A DNA stretch of 64,000 nt from Pseudoalteromonas luteoviolacea (lineage in GTDB: Bacteria; Pseudomonadota; Gammaproteobacteria; Enterobacterales; Alteromonadaceae), in NCBI RefSeq assembly GCF_001750165.1, contig NZ_CP015412.1, positions 1,143,588 through 1,207,587 on the forward strand, given 5' to 3'. Below the pieces are notes generated by a model, which ran no database searches, was not told the origin of the DNA, and saw only the letters and a program-made list of their open reading frames with translations. Below are positions 9,725-20,308 of this stretch, piece by piece (within the stretch, counting starts at the first letter, position 1; each line of letters begins with the position of its first letter). Both the position numbers and the translations under genes were made by a program.

Positions 9725-10534
9725 GTGAGCGTGAAGCATATTAAACAAAGCCCATTGTTGTTCGAGTGGCATCAGCATGATTGCTATGAGCTGATACTCA
9801 CTTTAGGCGCCACAGGCAAGCGGTTTATTGCTGATGACGTTCACGCTTTTGAAGATGTTGATCTCGCCTTGCTTCTGCCTGGTGAACCTCATACATGGGA
9901 TAACAAAGATCAGCAAGCACCGGTTGGTGATGTTGTAGTTGTGCTTTGGCCGAAAGCGTTATTCGCGGTAAATATTAATGAATTTGAAGCGCTCCAAACT
10001 TGGTTGGAAGGGCTTGAATATGGCTGTGTTTTTTCTCGAGAGAGTGCGTTAAAAGTGAAGGAATTACTGCTAGAGATGGGGGATGCCAACGCGCTTAAAA
10101 AACTGACATTGCTTAGTGAAGTATTGTCATTATTGATGCGAGCGCAAATTGAGAAAGAGATACCTTTTAATGCATCAAGCAGGCATGTGACCAGAGTTAC
10201 GACGGTTTTGGAAGTTTTGAACAAGGATGTAACTCGTTTTCCTAGTTTATCAGAAGCGGCCGTTCTGGCTAATTTAAGTATTTCGACACTTAAAAGAGTA
10301 TTCAAAGATAGCTTGGGGGTGAGCTATTCACAATATTGCGAGCAATTGCGACTAAAGCGAGCAAGGCATTTGCTTGCTACGACTTCACTGCCTATCAGTG
10401 TGGTCGCACAGCAATGTGGTTTTAACAGTAGTGCGTACTTTAATCAGTTTTACAAAAAGCATGAAAACATGACGCCAAGTCGCTTTCGCATGCAGTTTGC
10501 TTGGCGAAAGCGAGTTATGGGTGTAAAAAAATAA
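9725..10534 (+). CDS. AraC family transcriptional regulator
   Basis: 269 aa. C-terminal tandem HTH with AraC signature (NSSAYFNQFYKKHENMTPSRFR). GTG start as called. Confidence 0.8.
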   Translation: MSVKHIKQSPLLFEWHQHDCYELILTLGATGKRFIADDVHAFEDVDLALLLPGEPHTWDNKDQQAPVGDVVVVLWPKALFAVNINEFEALQTWLEGLEYGCVFSRESALKVKELLLEMGDANALKKLTLLSEVLSLLMRAQIEKEIPFNASSRHVTRVTTVLEVLNKDVTRFPSLSEAAVLANLSISTLKRVFKDSLGVSYSQYCEQLRLKRARHLLATTSLPISVVAQQCGFNSSAYFNQFYKKHENMTPSRFRMQFAWRKRVMGVKK

Positions 10535-10574
10535 GCTTAAATGCATATCACACAGAATATGCACTCGCAGGCGC

Positions 10575-12629
10575 TTAGAGTGTTTTTAAATACTCTATCA
10601 AGGCCATTTTTTCTTCATGGTTTAGTTTTTTACCTATTTTACCTAGCACTGTCGGATCGTCAGTAAACGCGTGACCAGTATTGAAATTTCCAGCTTGGCG
10701 AGTATCTAAAATGAAGTATCCGTTTTGATAATCATCTGTTTGGTTTGCAGGCTGTAAATCCGTACGCAGGTTAAGTGCATTCACATACTTTCCTTGAGAT
10801 ACACCGACGTTAATTGGATCAAATTCGAGTTGACCCAGCTCAACAAAAGTTGGCCTTTCGCGAGGTTCCGATAGCAGGCTGTATAGGCTTGGCACTGAAC
10901 CATTATGTAAGTATGGTGCTGTGGCCCAAATCCCGTTTAACGGACGCGCTTTATATGCAAAACTATGTTTGAGACAATTTGGTCTCCCCCCTTCAAGCTT
11001 ATGTTGTTGCTCTTCGGAAGTGTAGTTTTGTATAAACCATTGTTGATTAGTTTCCTCGACGACCGCGCCAAGTGCTAGCGCAAAGTTATTTGCTGCGTTG
11101 TCTTTTACCGTAACAAACTGCAACTCCTCTTTCATGTGTTTAGTTTTTTGTTCTTTATTGACGTGCACACACACGTCAGTATTGAGGCCTAGTTCTTTTG
11201 TATTGACGGTACGGTTCGGAAGTACTTCGGCTTGCGCAGGATCTGTACCTATGTATGCCAAGTTGATCAGATTGAGCTTTAGATATTTCAAATCAGTCTG
11301 TTTAACTTCCCCCTCTTCTTCATAGCGGATTTTCTGCCAGTGCTCTTGCCAAAATTGAGGGTTATCCATCGGAGGTAAATGGCAGCTTTGGCAATTTTTT
11401 ATGTAAAGTTCTTTACCTTTTGCAGCTAATTTTTCGTCAATTTTAGGCAGACTATCAGGCCACTTGGGGGCTCTTAGGCCGTTGATCTTGCCCAGCTCTC
11501 CTGGTTGGTAATCTCGAAGTGGATATTCACCTGCTAACCATTGTTCAATGTTGTAGAGTGACTTGATGGGGATAGAGCTTGCAAAGCTTGCTGGCTGTTG
11601 CAATGGGTTGGTCGGAATTTGCATATCAACATAGGCCGCAACGCCAAGCGCTTCGCCTGCATTGCGAATAAGTGGTTGCATAATTGAGCCGTCATATTGC
11701 ACCCAATCAAACCAAGATGTGGTCCATATATGTGGATAATTCACAGGTGCTTCGATGGGATTATAATTTTCAGGTCTATCCATATTGTCAGCAAATACTT
11801 TGTTACCAATACGATTGAGCGCATCTAGTCGGGTAAACCCTTCGGTAACATTGATGGTATCTTGGCTTTTAGCTAATTTTGCAACCGTAGCATTCAGCGC
11901 ATCTTTGAGTTTGGCTTTGCTGACAACATTGTAATTACTGCCAAGTACCTTTTTAGCAAATCGCTCGAAGCGACCATCGAAAGGCGCTAGTTTACTGGAC
12001 AATACCGTTTGACCAATGGCCGCGCCTAAAGATTTTGTCAACAATCCCAAATCTGTCATTGCTGGGCCGCCATCGACCACATATCGCGTGTTTTGATAGG
12101 TGAATTGCCCAGTGTGGCAAGCCGCGCATGTAAAACCAACTGCTGTGGCCTTTCGGTTCAGGCCAGCCATTGGGATACTGGTTGTTTTGGCAAGGCCTAA
12201 AGGAAGTTGTACTTCTACGCTGTCTTGTTGATCAGGGTCGTTTAAGTTTATAAAGCCTAGTCGATAAATGTACTCTGTCAGGAAGGTTTTCTCTTGGCCA
12301 AATAAAATAAACCAAGGTGTGTTTTTTGGAGCTTCAAGCGCAATTAACCACTCATAGGGGATGGGGAGCGTGGCTGTTCCTTGGGATGCATGGTAGGGCC
12401 ATTGGTGGTTGTAATCTTTCGTGCTAGGCCAACCATTTTGGTTGATAAAGTGAGTATCAAGTTGTTTATATTCTGGCAGTTTAGGTGGGGTTAGTGCATA
12501 TTTCAGTTCATTTAGGGCAGCAATGGTGCGTAACGAGACCAAAATAATGGCTAGGATAATGAGCGCAGATAGGATCCATGGCCATTTCTTTCGTAGCCAG
12601 CAAAGTAAAATCGGATGCTGATTGGACAT
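10575..12629 (-). CDS. large di-heme c-type cytochrome, membrane-anchored (cytochrome c peroxidase/MauG-like family, tentative)
   Basis: 684 aa. N-terminal TM helix. Two CXXCH heme-binding motifs (CAACH, CQSCH) about 250 aa apart. Confidence 0.5.
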   Translation of the reverse strand: MSNQHPILLCWLRKKWPWILSALIILAIILVSLRTIAALNELKYALTPPKLPEYKQLDTHFINQNGWPSTKDYNHQWPYHASQGTATLPIPYEWLIALEAPKNTPWFILFGQEKTFLTEYIYRLGFINLNDPDQQDSVEVQLPLGLAKTTSIPMAGLNRKATAVGFTCAACHTGQFTYQNTRYVVDGGPAMTDLGLLTKSLGAAIGQTVLSSKLAPFDGRFERFAKKVLGSNYNVVSKAKLKDALNATVAKLAKSQDTINVTEGFTRLDALNRIGNKVFADNMDRPENYNPIEAPVNYPHIWTTSWFDWVQYDGSIMQPLIRNAGEALGVAAYVDMQIPTNPLQQPASFASSIPIKSLYNIEQWLAGEYPLRDYQPGELGKINGLRAPKWPDSLPKIDEKLAAKGKELYIKNCQSCHLPPMDNPQFWQEHWQKIRYEEEGEVKQTDLKYLKLNLINLAYIGTDPAQAEVLPNRTVNTKELGLNTDVCVHVNKEQKTKHMKEELQFVTVKDNAANNFALALGAVVEETNQQWFIQNYTSEEQQHKLEGGRPNCLKHSFAYKARPLNGIWATAPYLHNGSVPSLYSLLSEPRERPTFVELGQLEFDPINVGVSQGKYVNALNLRTDLQPANQTDDYQNGYFILDTRQAGNFNTGHAFTDDPTVLGKIGKKLNHEEKMALIEYLKTL

Positions 12630-13030
12630 ATTTTTCTCAGACGGTAGTTGATGATTGTTAATATTTTTGCATGGATTTGTAACGCTAGAAATTACAGTGG
12701 ATTACACTGAAGACGGTAAAACGTTGTTTGTGTGATTTAAAAAATGAGGCGTGTTTGATACTTTTCTTTTTTAACTTACTGTTTTAAATGAGAGCAAGGT
12801 GAGTGATGATTTGAACTTAGCGCACTAAACTTGAAGAGCAGTAACATTTTCCCTTACCGCTGTTGTTGCTATAGACGAAAGTTTATGTGCTGAGTGCCCA
12901 CGTATTACACTGATTTGTATAGCTAGGTTTGTGAACAGCTCAGTTTATAGTCTCAAAGTAATAAATATTCATAATTAATTTCATTTTTTTAACTAAGCTT
13001 AGTTCTTTAGGTTTAATTAATGAGGTTTTT

Positions 13031-13864
13031 ATGGATACGTCTTCGATTGACCCACAGAAAGTGATTGACTTGATGGTTGAGCATGCTGTTAATTTTGCGC
13101 CTAAATTGGCTCTGGCGATTATTACGCTGATTGTTGGTTTATGGTTGATCTCACTCGTAGGCAAAGCGATTGATTACTTGCTTGAGAAGCGAGATTTCAA
13201 TATCTCTTTAAGAAAATGGCTAAGTAGTGTTGCGACGGTTTTACTTAAAGCTTGCTTATTCATATCGGTTATTTCAATTTTGGGTGTTAAAACAACATCT
13301 TTCATCGCGATATTGGGTGCCGCAGGCCTTGCAGTAGGGCTTGCATTACAAGGCAGTCTATCTAATTTTGCCGGTGGTGTGCTGATCCTTATCTTTAAGC
13401 CTTTCAAAGTTGGTGACTATATTGTTGCACAGGGAGAGGAAGGTGTGGTTGAAGCAATTGATGTATTTTGTACTTTTCTAACGACTTTAGATAATCGCCG
13501 AATTATTCTCCCTAATGGACCTTTGGCCAGTGAACAAGTCAATAATGTAACGCACGAGCCAATCCGAAGAGTCGACCTTAGTGTGGGGATCAGTTACAAC
13601 AATGGTGTGGATGAAGCAGAAAAAGCATTATTACAAATGGCTAAAAGTGATGAGCGTATTTTGCAAGATCCAGCTCCTTTTGTTGGTGTTGTTGGGTATG
13701 GCGATAACTCGATTGATTTAGCTGTATGGGTTTGGTGTAAAACAGACGATTATTGGGATGTGTATTTTGCGACAAATCGTGCAATAAAACCCGCCTTAGA
13801 TAGTGCGAACGTATCAATTCCTTTCCCACAAAGAGATGTACATATTATTGAAAATAAAAAGTGA
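13031..13864 (+). CDS. small-conductance mechanosensitive channel (MscS family)
   Basis: 277 aa. Three N-terminal TM helices then the MscS beta-domain signature (ILGAAGLAVGLALQGSLSNFAGGVLILIFKPFKVGDYI). Confidence 0.85.
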   Translation: MDTSSIDPQKVIDLMVEHAVNFAPKLALAIITLIVGLWLISLVGKAIDYLLEKRDFNISLRKWLSSVATVLLKACLFISVISILGVKTTSFIAILGAAGLAVGLALQGSLSNFAGGVLILIFKPFKVGDYIVAQGEEGVVEAIDVFCTFLTTLDNRRIILPNGPLASEQVNNVTHEPIRRVDLSVGISYNNGVDEAEKALLQMAKSDERILQDPAPFVGVVGYGDNSIDLAVWVWCKTDDYWDVYFATNRAIKPALDSANVSIPFPQRDVHIIENKK

Positions 13865-13884
13865 ACTATGTCTTGATGAAATAA

Positions 13885-13909
13885 GTGGGGCATAGGCCCC
13901 ACATATTTT
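13885..13909. terminator. bidirectional rho-independent terminator (gtggggc-atag-gccccac + T-tract)
   Basis: 7-bp GC stem with 4-nt loop followed by atatttta. Lies between convergent MscS (+) and the OMP gene (-). The A-rich upstream flank makes it usable on both strands. Confidence 0.5.
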
Positions 13910-13913
13910 AAAT

Positions 13914-14612
13914 TTAGAAGCGATATCTAAGAGTTACGAAATGGTTTTCGTACACATCAAAGTTCTCATAGCGCGCACTTAGGGCGACATTTTCAGTAAC
14001 TTGATACTGTAATTCGAACTTGATGACTAATTCATCTTTCTCAGCCGCATTTTTTATGTGCTGGTAACCAATACCTGTCATCGCAGTAAAGTTGCCATGT
14101 AGATTGATATGGTAATTGGCTTCAACGCCAAACACACTGCTGTGTCCTTGCACACTGTATTGAAGTAAATTACCAAGCATATCAGCATCATTTGTGCTAA
14201 AAACACGATCGTATTGAATGCCTGTCTGTTTGTAATCCAATCTGCCAATTGAGCCTTTAAACTCTAAAAGTGCATTTTCTTCTAAAGGAATGAGATAAGC
14301 TGCATTAACATTCCATTGGGTTGCATCACTGTCTTCATCGAGTATTTTCAGTGAAACCGTATTTTCAGATTCATCAACCGTGTTGTAGCTATGCTCATCT
14401 GATGTTTTTAAATATTGAGCAGAGACTACCCAGTTTTCGTCGACTTGCTTACTGCCTTCAACAGCATAGCCTTTAAGGCTGATGTCTGTGTCCACAGCTT
14501 CCATTTTAAACTTTGCATGACCTGCGCCAATGTAATCAAAGTTAAAGTTGTCGTTTGCATGGGCAGTTGCAGATAAAAGTGCACCAGAAAGCGCCAAAGA
14601 GATGAGTTTCAT
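13914..14612 (-). CDS. outer-membrane beta-barrel protein (OmpW/OmpA-like small barrel)
   Basis: 232 aa. Signal peptide ending AHA. Alternating amphipathic strands. C-terminal aromatic residue (RYRF) typical of OMP barrels. Confidence 0.55.
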   Translation of the reverse strand: MKLISLALSGALLSATAHANDNFNFDYIGAGHAKFKMEAVDTDISLKGYAVEGSKQVDENWVVSAQYLKTSDEHSYNTVDESENTVSLKILDEDSDATQWNVNAAYLIPLEENALLEFKGSIGRLDYKQTGIQYDRVFSTNDADMLGNLLQYSVQGHSSVFGVEANYHINLHGNFTAMTGIGYQHIKNAAEKDELVIKFELQYQVTENVALSARYENFDVYENHFVTLRYRF

Positions 14613-15100
14613 GATTTCCTTACTTGTTTTAGGTACTATTTTCAGCCGCGAATCATACCGATTGTTTACTTAATGTAAAGTATATTTTTGCAAAAAATGG
14701 TTTGATTTTTTATTTGGTATAATTAGGTTGTTTTTTACTTATTTTGTATTTTAAATGCACTGGTTGGTGTGTTTTATCTATTTTTATGGCTGTTTTTTGA
14801 GGCTTTTCAGTTGGTTGTTAAATTTAAATACAATGTTTTTATTGACTTTTTTGGAATTAAATTGGGTGTAAATTGTGCAATAATTGGGTTTTTTGAAACT
14901 TAATTTAACCTTTGTTTGAAAATGATACGATTTTTTTGGGCCAGTGTTTTAACTATACAAGCGAAGTATAGCCATTAAAGCTGAGTAATCGGGTGTTTGA
15001 GAATCAAATTCACTTTCTTATTTTTCTTACTGTCTTATTTATGAAAAGTCTGGCTTTTATAATTATGAACATGGTTTAAGTAGGCATTGAATTAAAACCT

Positions 15101-15877
15101 TTGGACAATAGTATGATTAATTTGTCTGGTAAAAAAGGCATGGTTATCGGTATTGCCAATGAACATAGTTTGGCTTATGCGTGTGCCAAACAATTAAATG
15201 ACTCGGGAGCGGAAGTTATCGCAACGTACGCAAGTGAGTCCGCGGCGAGATTTGTTCTGCCGTTGCAAAGCACCCTAGAAGGCGTGTTATTGGTGCCTTG
15301 TGATCTGCGTGATGATTCTTCTATTACTCGTTTATTCGCGTTGACAGAGTCTCATCTAGGCTCAATTGATTTTATAGTACATTCAATTGCATTTGCGCCG
15401 ATGTCTGACCTACAGGGCCGTTTAATCGATTGTAGCAAGGCTGGATTTCAAGATGCAATTGATGTGTCGTGCCTCTCTATGATCAGTTTAGTCAGTAAAT
15501 TTGAAAGGATACTAAACGCGCAGGCCAGCGTGGTGACAATGTCTTATTTAGGCTCAGAAAGAGCTGTTCAAAATTACAATGTGATGGGGCCTGTAAAATC
15601 AGCCTTAGACTCAAGTGTTCGATATTTGGCCATGGAATTGGGTGGTGTAGGCTGCAGGGTAAACGCGATTTCAGCAGGTCCAATAAAAACCAGAGCCGCA
15701 TCAGGGCTCAAAAACTTTGAACAACTAATCGAAAAAAGCCAAATAGGTTCTCCTTTGCAAAGGAGCCTGTCCAGCGAAGATGTGGCAAACACAGCAATAT
15801 ACTTAGTGAGTGATTTGTCACATGCAGTGACAGGTAGCACGATATATGTTGATAATGGCTATCATATGATGGGTTAA
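15101..15877 (+). CDS. fabI: enoyl-[acyl-carrier-protein] reductase (NADH), FabI family SDR
   Basis: 258 aa, alignable along its length to E. coli FabI. Y-x6-K catalytic motif (SYLGSERAVQNYNVMGPVK) and NAISAGPI motif. The ATG at 15113 may be the real start. Confidence 0.8.
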   Translation: MDNSMINLSGKKGMVIGIANEHSLAYACAKQLNDSGAEVIATYASESAARFVLPLQSTLEGVLLVPCDLRDDSSITRLFALTESHLGSIDFIVHSIAFAPMSDLQGRLIDCSKAGFQDAIDVSCLSMISLVSKFERILNAQASVVTMSYLGSERAVQNYNVMGPVKSALDSSVRYLAMELGGVGCRVNAISAGPIKTRAASGLKNFEQLIEKSQIGSPLQRSLSSEDVANTAIYLVSDLSHAVTGSTIYVDNGYHMMG

Positions 15878-16360
15878 ATGATGAAATTAAGAAATACGGT
15901 CTTTGAAGATATTGAAATAGGTCAATGTGCAGCGCTTGTTCGCCACGTTGAAATGAGTGATATTACAGGGTTTGCGGCATTGACTGGAGACTGCAACCCC
16001 ATTCATTTAAACCAAGATTACGCAGAACACACCCCATTTCACGGTATTGTTGCTCATGGCATGTGGAGTGCGGCGCAAATTTCGGCGGTGATAGGGACGA
16101 AGCTACCAGGTCCCGGTTCGGTCTATCTTTCGCAAGATCTCAAATTCGTTGCGCCGGTAAAAGTGGGGGATGTGATCACGACCAAAGTCACAGTGGTTGA
16201 TAAAGATTACAGCCATGGCTTTTTAACGATTGATTGTCAATGTACTAACCAAAGAAATGAAGAAGTAGTGTTTGGTATCGCAACCATACTTGCTCCTACT
16301 GAAAAGCTCTTTATTGATGTAGAGTCACCAGAAGTTAGATTGGTAGATAACTTATGCTAG
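15878..16360 (+). CDS. MaoC-like (R)-specific enoyl-CoA hydratase / hot-dog fold dehydratase
   Basis: 160 aa. Hot-dog fold motifs (GDCNPIHLNQDYA...HGM). Start overlaps the fabI stop (ATGATGA). Confidence 0.7.
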   Translation: MMKLRNTVFEDIEIGQCAALVRHVEMSDITGFAALTGDCNPIHLNQDYAEHTPFHGIVAHGMWSAAQISAVIGTKLPGPGSVYLSQDLKFVAPVKVGDVITTKVTVVDKDYSHGFLTIDCQCTNQRNEEVVFGIATILAPTEKLFIDVESPEVRLVDNLC

Positions 16361-16495
16361 GCATCCTCTGTCCAAAACAGAAAGTTAAAAACGACATTTG
16401 ATGAGTATTTAACAATAAAAGGCTGCAATACCGAATAGTTGTATTATATTTTTAGACATGTGTATAGCGGGTATGGATAGTACCGGAAGGTTGAT

Positions 16496-18331
16496 ATGTT
16501 TGCACAGCTAAAAATATCGAGTCGACTAGGTGTCGGATTTTGTGTGTTACTACTTTTGTTTAGTTGTGCTGTTTTGGTTTCTATTCAAGCGCTTAACACC
16601 GCGGCTGACGGTTTTAGTGATTACCGGTCACTGGCCAGAAATACTAATAATGCAGGGCGTGTGCAAGCAAATTTGCTGACCTTAAGGATAGCGGCACTGC
16701 ATTATATCAACACGGGTAGTCATATCGCATTGCAAGAAGAGCGAACAAGAATGGCAACCTTGAATGAGTTGCTAGCAAACGCCCACCAAGACGCAATCAG
16801 CAACGAACAGATACAGACTTTCATTGATGTTGAAAAACTTGCCAATCAATATGCCAATACCTTTCAAAAAGTTGAGGACAAAATAGCTCAGCGCAATGCG
16901 ATTGTTCATGAACAGCTCAATAAAATGGGTCCACTCATGGAACAAGATTTGTCGAGTATTTTACTCAGCGCACGCCAAGATAACGATATGGAGGAGGCTT
17001 TTTATGCCTCTTTGGCACTGCGAAACCTCTTATTGGTTAGACTTCATGTGATTAAATTCTTAGACAGTAATGACAGTGAAGATGTTGAAAAGGTAAATAA
17101 AGAATATGGAGCATTCATAGTTAATTTAAAAGCACTCGATGATCAATTGCAAGATGATACTAGAAGGCGTCATTTTACCAATGTCCGTCGACTGGCTCCC
17201 AGATATATGAATCAGTTTACAGAGCTAGTAAGCGTGATAAATTCTCGTAATAGATTGAAGCGGGAAAATCTAGATGTGATTGGTCAACAAGCCGCAAATA
17301 AAATAGAGTCATTGAAGTTATCTATCAAAGATAAACAAGACCTAATGGGACCAGTATTACAAAAAGATAATAAGGTTTCGCAACAGTTTGTGATATCCGT
17401 GAGTGTGTTGAGTTTAGTAATAGCGATTATACTCGCACTGCTGATTTCACGTTCAATTACGGTGCCTATTAATGAAGCTGTTGCAATCGCAAATGCATTA
17501 GCACAAGGCAATCTTCACCTTAAGAAAAAAGTAAAAGGCCACAGCGAAACGGCCAAATTGATGCAGGCTTTAAAAGACATGGCGGAGCAATTTAAAGCGG
17601 TTATTCATGAAGTGAAACAAAGTGCAGCCGCGCTTGAAAAATTTGCGTCATTGGTTATTCGCACTGCAAAAGAAATGGAGGTCACCGCGGCATCTCAAGA
17701 GCGCAGTGTCGCTGATACAAAACATGCGGTGATATCTATCAGTGACTCTATAAAATCTAACAGTGAATATGCTTTGGCTACTGAACAAGTCGCGATTAAT
17801 ACAGCTCAAGAAGCCAATGACGGTGGGCAAAAAGTGAAAACAACCATAGAGGCGATGAAGACCATAGCAGAACAAGTCAAAATCATCGATGAAATTGCCT
17901 ATCAAACTAATTTATTAGCATTAAATGCAACCATTGAAGCTTCCCGTGCGGGTGAGCATGGAAAGGGATTCACGGTTGTGGCAAGTGAAGTTCGTAAATT
18001 AGCTGAACGTTGCCAAAATGCATCAGAGCGCATAGGTACAAGCGCGTCAGAAAGTGTCAATTTGGCCGAAAATGCAGGAAGCCAGTTAGAAACGATTATT
18101 CCAGCAGCAAATAAAACGTCTAATCTAGTGCAAAATATTATGGAGATTTCTAAGCAGCAGGAAGCTGGTCTTAGTCAAATAAACCAAACAGTAGAGGCTG
18201 TTGATACTGCCTCTAAACGTTCTACAACGGCAAGTAATGACTTATCTAACTCGGTGAAAAGCGTTGTTGCATTGTCCGAAAGGTTACGTGCTTCTGCGTC
18301 CTTTTTTAAATTGTCTTCGAGAGATAATTAG
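16496..18331 (+). CDS. methyl-accepting chemotaxis protein
   Basis: 611 aa. N-terminal TM, periplasmic ligand-binding region, second TM, HAMP, then the MCP signalling domain (highly conserved [41 protein letters not shown]). Confidence 0.9.
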   Translation: MFAQLKISSRLGVGFCVLLLLFSCAVLVSIQALNTAADGFSDYRSLARNTNNAGRVQANLLTLRIAALHYINTGSHIALQEERTRMATLNELLANAHQDAISNEQIQTFIDVEKLANQYANTFQKVEDKIAQRNAIVHEQLNKMGPLMEQDLSSILLSARQDNDMEEAFYASLALRNLLLVRLHVIKFLDSNDSEDVEKVNKEYGAFIVNLKALDDQLQDDTRRRHFTNVRRLAPRYMNQFTELVSVINSRNRLKRENLDVIGQQAANKIESLKLSIKDKQDLMGPVLQKDNKVSQQFVISVSVLSLVIAIILALLISRSITVPINEAVAIANALAQGNLHLKKKVKGHSETAKLMQALKDMAEQFKAVIHEVKQSAAALEKFASLVIRTAKEMEVTAASQERSVADTKHAVISISDSIKSNSEYALATEQVAINTAQEANDGGQKVKTTIEAMKTIAEQVKIIDEIAYQTNLLALNATIEASRAGEHGKGFTVVASEVRKLAERCQNASERIGTSASESVNLAENAGSQLETIIPAANKTSNLVQNIMEISKQQEAGLSQINQTVEAVDTASKRSTTASNDLSNSVKSVVALSERLRASASFFKLSSRDN

Positions 18332-18460
18332 TTCCATTGCCTTTTGACGTTGGGCTCATGTCCAAAAATACTTCAGCAGTTCAGCGATGCACTGGGAATG
18401 ATCTTGTCCTTTGTCAATTAGGTGATGAAGCGGCAACAACAGTACCGCTACATCGTTGAG

Positions 18461-19894
18461 TTATTTAACTTCACTCAGAGCAACAACCTTACTTTGATTG
18501 CTCTGACGATCGTTGATTGTGATAAATAACTCCCCTGAAGGCGCAGTAACAACATCTCTGATCCGTCCAAGTCCTTTCAATATGATTTCGTCCTCAATAA
18601 CGCGGTTATTTTTAATTCTCAGACGGTGAAGTTGTTTTTTTGCTAAGCTACCTACAAATAGATCACCTTGCCAGTTTTTAAATTGCTTACCGGTATAAAA
18701 ATTCATGCCTGCAACGGCGATAGAAGGGGTCCACTGATGGACTGGGAGTTCCATACCCGGTAAGTCAGTATGTTGCGTGATTGGGGAACCATCATAATTC
18801 ATACCATATGTCACTTTTGGCCAACCGTAATTCACCCCTTTGGTAATGAGGTTTAGTTCATCCCCCCCCCTTGGCCCATGTTCTGTTGACCAAACTTGAC
18901 GTGTTTTAGGATGGATCACGAGGCCTTGAGGGTTCCGGTTACCATAAGTCCAGATAGTCTTGAGAGTGCCTTTTTGATTGTAAAAGGGGTTATCTTTGGG
19001 AATGCGCCCATCTTTGTAAATACGATGAACTTTGCCGTTTTGCGTTTCTAAATTTTGTGCATCATCCTGATGTCCTTCATCGCCATTAGTAAAGAAGAGA
19101 TATGGTCCATCAATTGCGAATCGAGAACCAAAATGCCAGCCTCTATTTTTGTGTGTTTGTTTTGGTGCTTCAAATAAAGTTTGTTGTTCTACCCACTTTC
19201 CATCTTTGATTTTTCCTCTCACGATAGCCGTTATACCAATATCTTTGTTCGAGGCATTTTTTCCTGTTTTTTTGCTATAAGACAGATATATCCAACCATT
19301 CTTGTCGTAATCAGGATCAGGGAGTACGTCAAGCAAGCCACCTTGGCCACGGTGCCAAACATCAGGTGTGTTGGCTACTTTTGTACGTATTCCTTTGGGG
19401 GATTGGAGCCAGAGTTCCCCATGCCTTAGAGTGTAGAGTAGGCTTCCATCAGGCAAGAAATCCATTGCCCAAATTATACCGCTCGTTGAAAGGACTTCTC
19501 GGGTGTTGACGTTATGGAGGTTTGTCTTAAATTGTTTACTTAAGGTTGGTGTTTGGATTTTAGCTATGTCGGCGTTGTAACTTGTCTCTCTTATATAAAC
19601 AACCAAAGTACGAATTGTTTCTTCAGACAATGCGTGCCCAAATGCAGGCATACCGCGGTCAACAATGCCGTTTGATATCGCTTTAGTCAGCGAGTCGTCT
19701 GATCCATCACTTATCCATTGGTTATCTAATAATGAGCTTGCCATTGCCCCTTGCAACTGCACACCATGGCATGAGGCACAATTGTTTTTAAAGACCTGCT
19801 CTACTTTTTCATTTGCTGCTACTGTAATAGTCATCACATTAGAGGCGATGAATATACTTGCTAAATAGTTTATCGTTTTCATTTTTATACGCAC
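18461..19894 (-). CDS. PQQ-dependent sugar dehydrogenase (soluble glucose/sorbosone dehydrogenase family) with N-terminal cytochrome c domain
   Basis: 477 aa. Signal peptide. CASCH heme motif near the N-terminus then a beta-propeller sGDH-like region. Confidence 0.7.
   Translation of the reverse strand: MRIKMKTINYLASIFIASNVMTITVAANEKVEQVFKNNCASCHGVQLQGAMASSLLDNQWISDGSDDSLTKAISNGIVDRGMPAFGHALSEETIRTLVVYIRETSYNADIAKIQTPTLSKQFKTNLHNVNTREVLSTSGIIWAMDFLPDGSLLYTLRHGELWLQSPKGIRTKVANTPDVWHRGQGGLLDVLPDPDYDKNGWIYLSYSKKTGKNASNKDIGITAIVRGKIKDGKWVEQQTLFEAPKQTHKNRGWHFGSRFAIDGPYLFFTNGDEGHQDDAQNLETQNGKVHRIYKDGRIPKDNPFYNQKGTLKTIWTYGNRNPQGLVIHPKTRQVWSTEHGPRGGDELNLITKGVNYGWPKVTYGMNYDGSPITQHTDLPGMELPVHQWTPSIAVAGMNFYTGKQFKNWQGDLFVGSLAKKQLHRLRIKNNRVIEDEIILKGLGRIRDVVTAPSGELFITINDRQSNQSKVVALSEVK
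18862..18870. repeat. C9 (coding-strand G9) homopolymer inside the PQQ dehydrogenase CDS
   Basis: tccccccccc read directly. Encodes P-R-G-G-D on the minus strand. The frame is currently intact. Confidence 0.9.
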
Positions 19895-20308
19895 GTATTT
19901 TACTCACATCATTGAGAGTATAATAGGTAAGGAGAAATAAAGAATGGTTTATACGGTGAGTGAATAGGTATTTTGTAACGCAAAGTAACACTACGCAATA
20001 TTGCTTGTTTTTAATATCGGGTAATTTTACCTTATGGATATAAGCAGGGCAGCAAAGCAGGCGAGTAGCGGGATGAATAATTCATAAACATACTTTTCGA
20101 TACTTAAATTAGACAAATAAGCTAATGACCCGAACATATCAAGAATAGCGAGTAATTGCTTGTATCATAAGACATTAATTGAGTTAGTAAAGCTCAGGTT
20201 GGTAGGTCAAGTGAATCTGTTACTCTATCGTTTCGAATAATAAAGGCGCCTAATTGACGCCTATATCGAGTTTTATCTCACTTGGCATTCAAGCTTAGGT
20301 GTTTTGTG

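Noticed and set aside
12940-13164. 74-aa minus-strand ORF overlapping the MscS start
   Set aside because: It overlaps the well-supported MscS gene and promoter region, has an AT-rich low-complexity translation, and is probably not coding.
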